A stretch of 63,830 nt of DNA, counting the filler, from Squatina squatina (Eukaryota), in the NCBI GenBank assembly GCA_031763465.1. It is 4 parts of 4 records of this genome, joined end to end, with 100 filler letters (N's around TTAATTAATTAA, not from the genome) between each part and the next. Parts side by side here need not be neighbours in the genome. Positions count along the whole stretch, not along the records: positions 49,444 to 63,830 come from JARFOE010000013.1; 3 more parts are not named here. The stretch is one strand, 5' to 3'. This document shows, piece by piece, positions 58,528 to 63,830 of this stretch (position 1 is the stretch's first letter; each line of letters starts with the position of its first letter). The translations under genes were made by a program, and so were the position numbers. Below the pieces are notes generated by a model. That model saw only the letters and a program-made list of their open reading frames with translations. It was not told where the DNA came from and made no database searches.

Positions 58528-61500
58528 AGAATATCGTTTAAGTCCAATCTTCCTCCACAGAAATAGAGGTCATGTATTGCATTAGGATCCCACTATTAAT
58601 ACTGCATAAACACGAAACATAATCGGTATTGTATCCTCGCCAGTAGCATAAAGAGGATTACCAAACCATGCTTGTGGGCATGTCTCTCAAAGCCCACTTT
58701 TCAAACGCAATCTTAATGCATTCGCACCCAGGCTCCTCTGAAAACTCTGCCAAGTTTGATGGATCGTTTAATTGAAAACTTTAAGTACAATAATGGATAA
58801 TTCAGCTCCAGCCACGCATTACAAACACTTTGGCAAGAATTCGAAACATTTTAAGTGGACCGTGCATTTTCCAAAATTAAAACCAAGCAAGACAACCATT
58901 CCTCCCGCTCGTTTACAGTTCTAGTCAGGGTTATTTGTTTACGTGCTTTCTACTCCTTTTATCTGGTAAAACATTTTTTTTAGAAGTAAAACAAGCCCAA
59001 ATTTCATCACCGTTCTGTGAAGCAAATAAAAATAAAGGCAGATTCCATTTAAGTGAGCTTTTTGAGAACACTTTGTACCAACTTCTCAGTTTCCTACCAG
59101 CTATTAGAATGTGGAAATGAGACTTTAAAAAATAAATCCTAAGCCTTTCTCAAATTATAGGTATTTTAAACATATTCNNNNNNNNNNNNNNNNNNNNNNN
59201 NNNNNNNNNNNNNNNNNNNNNNNNNNNNNNNNNNNNNNNNNNNNNNNNNNNNNNNNNNNNNNNNNNNNNNNNNNNNNGAACAGTTTCGAAAATGAAAAAA
59301 ATATATTTTATTTATTTTAATTTGTTCTGTTGCAACCAAGTTCAAATATTTTTAAAACCTGACAATTTATACAGAATGTGATTTGGAAAAAGGTTAGAAT
59401 GCAAAAATTGGATTAAACAAGAAAATAAAATTAGCAGTCACAGTTAAAGCGATTCAGCCAGTGGGTGTAAATAGAACAGGTGCAGGTAGTAAATCATTTT
59501 TCCTTTTTTTGGGAGGGGTGCGATAGTTCCTATCAAACACTCACCTGTTTACTTATCAGCCAAGTTTCCATACTTGTTTTACTCGGCACTTTCATGTGTT
59601 TCTATTTGATATTACCTCACGTCTCACCTAAAGCCAAAAGCTCGTTTCAATCCCATGCTCTCCGCCTTTTGTTCTTTTCTGCATGAAAATGGATCAAGAT
59701 TATAATCATTTATCATGAATAGAATTCTTTTGCCTGTGCGATTGATAGTACTACACAGTGGTTTTCCTCCCCCCACCCCCACCCCTACCCCGCTCCCCCC
59801 TTGCCCTTTTGAAAATAACTTTGGAATAGATTATTGGTGCTGCTTATGTGACAACCCTATTAACTGATGCACATCTGCTATTTAAAGTTGAAAAGAGCTC
59901 TTTGCTAACTTTCACCCATTACTGAAGCTCAGCCAATTATGGGATTAAGTTCAGCCACACTATGGAAGCAGCTCAAGCTGCTGAATTCCATTGTTGCTGT
60001 GGCTTTGGCTTCCGAGAATCATTCATATTTGTAGGATTTGTTTCCCTAAGCTTCCACAGTTTCCCGAGATCCTCATCAATCTCTTTAATGCTGCTCTGAT
60101 CTGATATAAGATGATCCTCAAAATGAAAGACTAACTTATTGCAAAAACGCATTACCCCAGCTGACAGGTAAACAATCAGGCAGCAGGCTGAGACTCGGTA
60201 TTTACCCAACATTAACCTGGATTGGGCAGTGGCAAGGGAGAGAAAGGAAGCTGGGCGAACCTTCTTTTATAAAAACTGCCCGTGTTATGCAAGAGCTAAA
60301 CATCACCTGGACATTAAAAAATGACAATACTTGTTTTGGTGTCTCATCTTAAAAAACAGCAAACATCACAGAAGCACCATGTCTCGCCTGCAACTCATTT
60401 ATTTAACAGCCGCTGGCATTGAATGTTGGTTGTGGAAAACACTGCACCCTCCATGGCATGTCAATCATCCTGCACACACCAAAACGGCGAGATCCGTCAG
60501 CAAATCTGGCAGAAGCTTGGTGAGACATCCAAGGAATGGAGCGAGTCTATCTTTAAGTTACTTCATTAATTGATCGACAAAAATCAATTGCAAACATCAA
60601 AAAAAGGAAATAAACAGTCAACATTCAACTTTAATTTTGAATCGCAAAGGGGTGGAGTGCAGGGGTGGTGAGGAGAGAGAGATTGCCTAGGACTATAAAA
60701 TGAAAAATTGGACTCTGAACTATCTGACTTGTTATGTGAAAAGAGATTGTTCCTTTGCACAATTGCAAGAGATTGTTCAGTGTGCAATAAAAGTACACAG
60801 CTGAAAGGTGCATTACCATGCATGGGCTCCTGATCTCAAAGGGTACGGTCACTATTAGTCAAACACGAAACAAAATTTAACTGTGGATTTTTCTTCCTCT
60901 GGTGAACATCGAAAATCCCAAATTTGTAAGTACCGATGGTTTAGTTTAAAAGGGACTGTAAAAGCTCGTAAAATATTGGTAAATTGTGAGATAGAGTCAT
61001 TGGTAAATGCAAAGATTGTTCTAAATAGAGCCAGCTGATAATTGTGACTTTCATCCACCTAGCTTAAGCTGCTCTGATACTGGTGTTGCTTTAGGGCAGA
61101 TCCCAGGAAAACATCAGCCTGCTCCCAGTGATTATACTACTAAATCCGGCTCTCTCCCAGAAGCAGAATTGTCGACCCATGAACAAGCACTAGCACAGCA
61201 GAGGCTTTACTCTGCCCACAATGAATCACTCTCACCCCTTCCTCTATCTGTAATATCCACCAGCCCTACAAATCTCCAAGATCTCTGCGCTCNNNNNNNN
61301 NNNNNNNNNNNNNNNNNNNNNNNNNNNNNNNNNNNNNNNNNNNNNNNNNNNNNNNNNNNNNNNNNNNNNNNNNNNNNNNNNNNNNNNNNNNNTTATGAAC
61401 TGCCTTTTTTACCCTTGTCCTATAAAGATGCTAGTGATTTGGAAATGGTTCTAATTGAATCCTCAGGGAATGCAATGTAAGATTATAGCCCTATGGCAGG

Positions 61501-61773
61501 TTATTAAAAAAAACAGTTCTTCAGATATAAACAAGTATCTTAGCTAGAACCTAACACTTGACAGTACAACAGGAATTAACCCACTGGCACCTCTAAATGC
61601 CACCTTGAACACAAATAAAGCTAAGTGCATTCTTCCTGGCCCTTTTTATATCCTGCAGCAGCTTTATTTCATAAAACTGTAATTCAATGTAGCAAGATTG
61701 TAACCCTTCTCTCTCTCTCTCTCTTTCTCTCTTGCTCACTCCCGATTGCCACTGATCAACAATAGTCACAAAA

Positions 61774-62023
61774 GCCCCGATTTTAACTCCAGATGGATTC
61801 CCCGCTCAGGTTTGAGTTAAAATGATGTCATCGGGCCACAACATGCCTATGTAAAGAAGGACCCTGCTGACTCCAGGCACGTATCCTTGCTACCTGCTCA
61901 GGAAAGCAGGTTAAAATTGCAGATGTTGTGATCATTGCAGCTTTCGGGCAGGTAAGAGCCAGGGCAGTTTTAACTGCCCACCCGCCAGGTTTCTGTTGAG
62001 CAATTGGTGTTAAAATCACCCCC
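61774..62023. mobile_element. MITE-like element with repeated GTTAAAAT/ATTTTAAC inverted motifs
   Basis: GATTTTAAC (61779-61787) and GTTAAAATC (62009-62017) termini plus internal inverted copies. Confidence 0.55.
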
Positions 62024-63410
62024 AATGTGGCTAAAACAGCCCACAGGACCCAAGTAGTAGCCTGTGGTGAGCCTGCTAACAAACACATTGGAGCCAGTTG
62101 ACGAAATGCAAGTGCTAGATGCAGGGATGGTTTGAGAGCACATCCACATGCATGCTCCCCATTGCCAACCATTAGGAGACAGACATTACAGTTAAACTAA
62201 CATAACAAAATCACTCTCACATGTGCATCCATGCTGCAAAGGGGAAAAGAAAGTAGTGATGTGAACTCCCTTCTGCCTTAATGTCACTAATGTGGTAACA
62301 TTGTAGGGCTCCATTTATTTAATCTGAACATTTTAATTTAATGNNNNNNNNNNNNNNNNNNNNNNNNNNNNNNNNNNNNNNNNNNNNNNNNNNNNNNNNN
62401 NNNNNNNNNNNNNNNNNNNNNNNNNNNNNNNNNNNNNNNNNNNAGCTATTGCAATCCCAGTCTGCACTGAAGAGATCTGTTATGAAATGGCCCTGAATTG
62501 TTTTTCAATGTTGAAATAATTCAGAATTCAGACAACTTTGCAGCAGCAACTCGATGCTTTCTAAAAACTTTGGAAACCCAGCTGCAGGCACTTTCCTTTG
62601 CCTCCTTCTCCCTCACTATGGAATTATGAGTTTGACACCTCATAGTCGTGCAGCACAGCAGAGTGCGTTTTCCTAGACTGCATCTCAGAAGGTAGGAAAC
62701 TGCCTGCAGCTGCCATTACAAATGTGCTCAGTGCCTGTCCCCTAAAACCATCCCTTTTAACTGTTTTTCTGCACTCAATTCAATTTGTTCAACAATTATA
62801 TTTGACTCAATTTGCCTTTAACTTTTCTCATTAAAAAATGTTATACCTTGTGTAAACAAAGCTGCAGACTCCTAATGGGTTTTAATGACTAATTCTGGGC
62901 TCAGCTTTTGATTTTCACATAAATCACCTTGCAGGAGTGTACAGCATTAGCAAATGTACATATGATAGTTACAAACTCCACCATCATTTGGAAATAGCAC
63001 TGATGAAATCCCTACTGATAAATGTACAAGCTTACAGCTGGTAGTATTAGAAATGGGTGTTTTGCATTAGGCTATTATACTTGCAAAAAGGTTGCAGTGC
63101 AGTAAATTTGGAAAGTATTGTACCTTGCAGGACCATAATGGGATATGTGCAATTTGTGTGTGCTGGTTGAGTTGGCAGTATACTGCAGACCTGAGAGTAC
63201 AGTACTGCCATAAAGATGGTTCATGTGAAGAATGAAGTGGATCCCTTTGTTAACTGGAAGCTGGAGTAGCTGTTGTCAAGAAGTAGCCATTCATATCGTC
63301 CAAAACCCAACAACTGTAAACTGGGGTTTTGAAAGTTTCTGTTAGAGGAAACAAAAACATGCATTAATTTGGTTAGTTTTGTTTTCCTTTTTTTTAAGAA
63401 TTGTCCATAA

Positions 63411-63557
<147 letters not shown>

Positions 63558-63830
63558 TAGGAGTGAGCTTTTTAAATAATTTGTGCCATTATCTACATTT
63601 TCTTAAGTTTGTTTTGAGGTGGTCCATTCGTCTTTAATTTTAGCTCTTTTCCTGCTTTCTTGTCTTCATGTCATCCATTTGTCCATTGTTAGTTTATATA
63701 TCTCTAGTTTATGCTTCTTCATCTGTACTTTTTTGCAATTTTTTTAAGCAATGCTATTCAATTACTGTAAAGTCACAAAATGATGTTTACTTGCCTGTTT
63801 AACGTGCCTGTACTACCACATTGCAGTCGT

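Overview
This is vertebrate genomic DNA, most likely from a cartilaginous fish (shark-type CR1 LINEs and DeuSINE/SacSINE-like SINEs), in a fragmented draft assembly. Three synthetic 44N-TTAATTAATTAA-44N linkers (16605-16704, 32071-32170, 49344-49443) split it into four separately assembled blocks, and many 100-N placeholder gaps hide missing exons. Block 1 holds a mastermind-family exon (probably MAMLD1) and three MTM1 exons. Block 2 contains only repeats. Block 3 holds exons of MYH9, SLC25A38, UBN2, TTC26/IFT56 and GUCY2C. Block 4 is mostly non-coding and ends with an LRRC1 exon. The most anomalous signal is a ~340-bp teleost (catfish-like) finTRIM/TRIM16-like exon plus intron fused with no gap into an MTM1 intron; contamination or a chimeric contig is more likely than horizontal transfer. 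Other oddities are an apparent extra intron in SLC25A38, a 7x heptad S/T-P repeat in UBN2, two minisatellites built from LINE and SINE sequence, and several hairpin MITEs. I found no CRISPR array, no prokaryotic system and no clearly new biological system. Gene identifications rest on recalled protein motifs and exon sizes, not on database searches.
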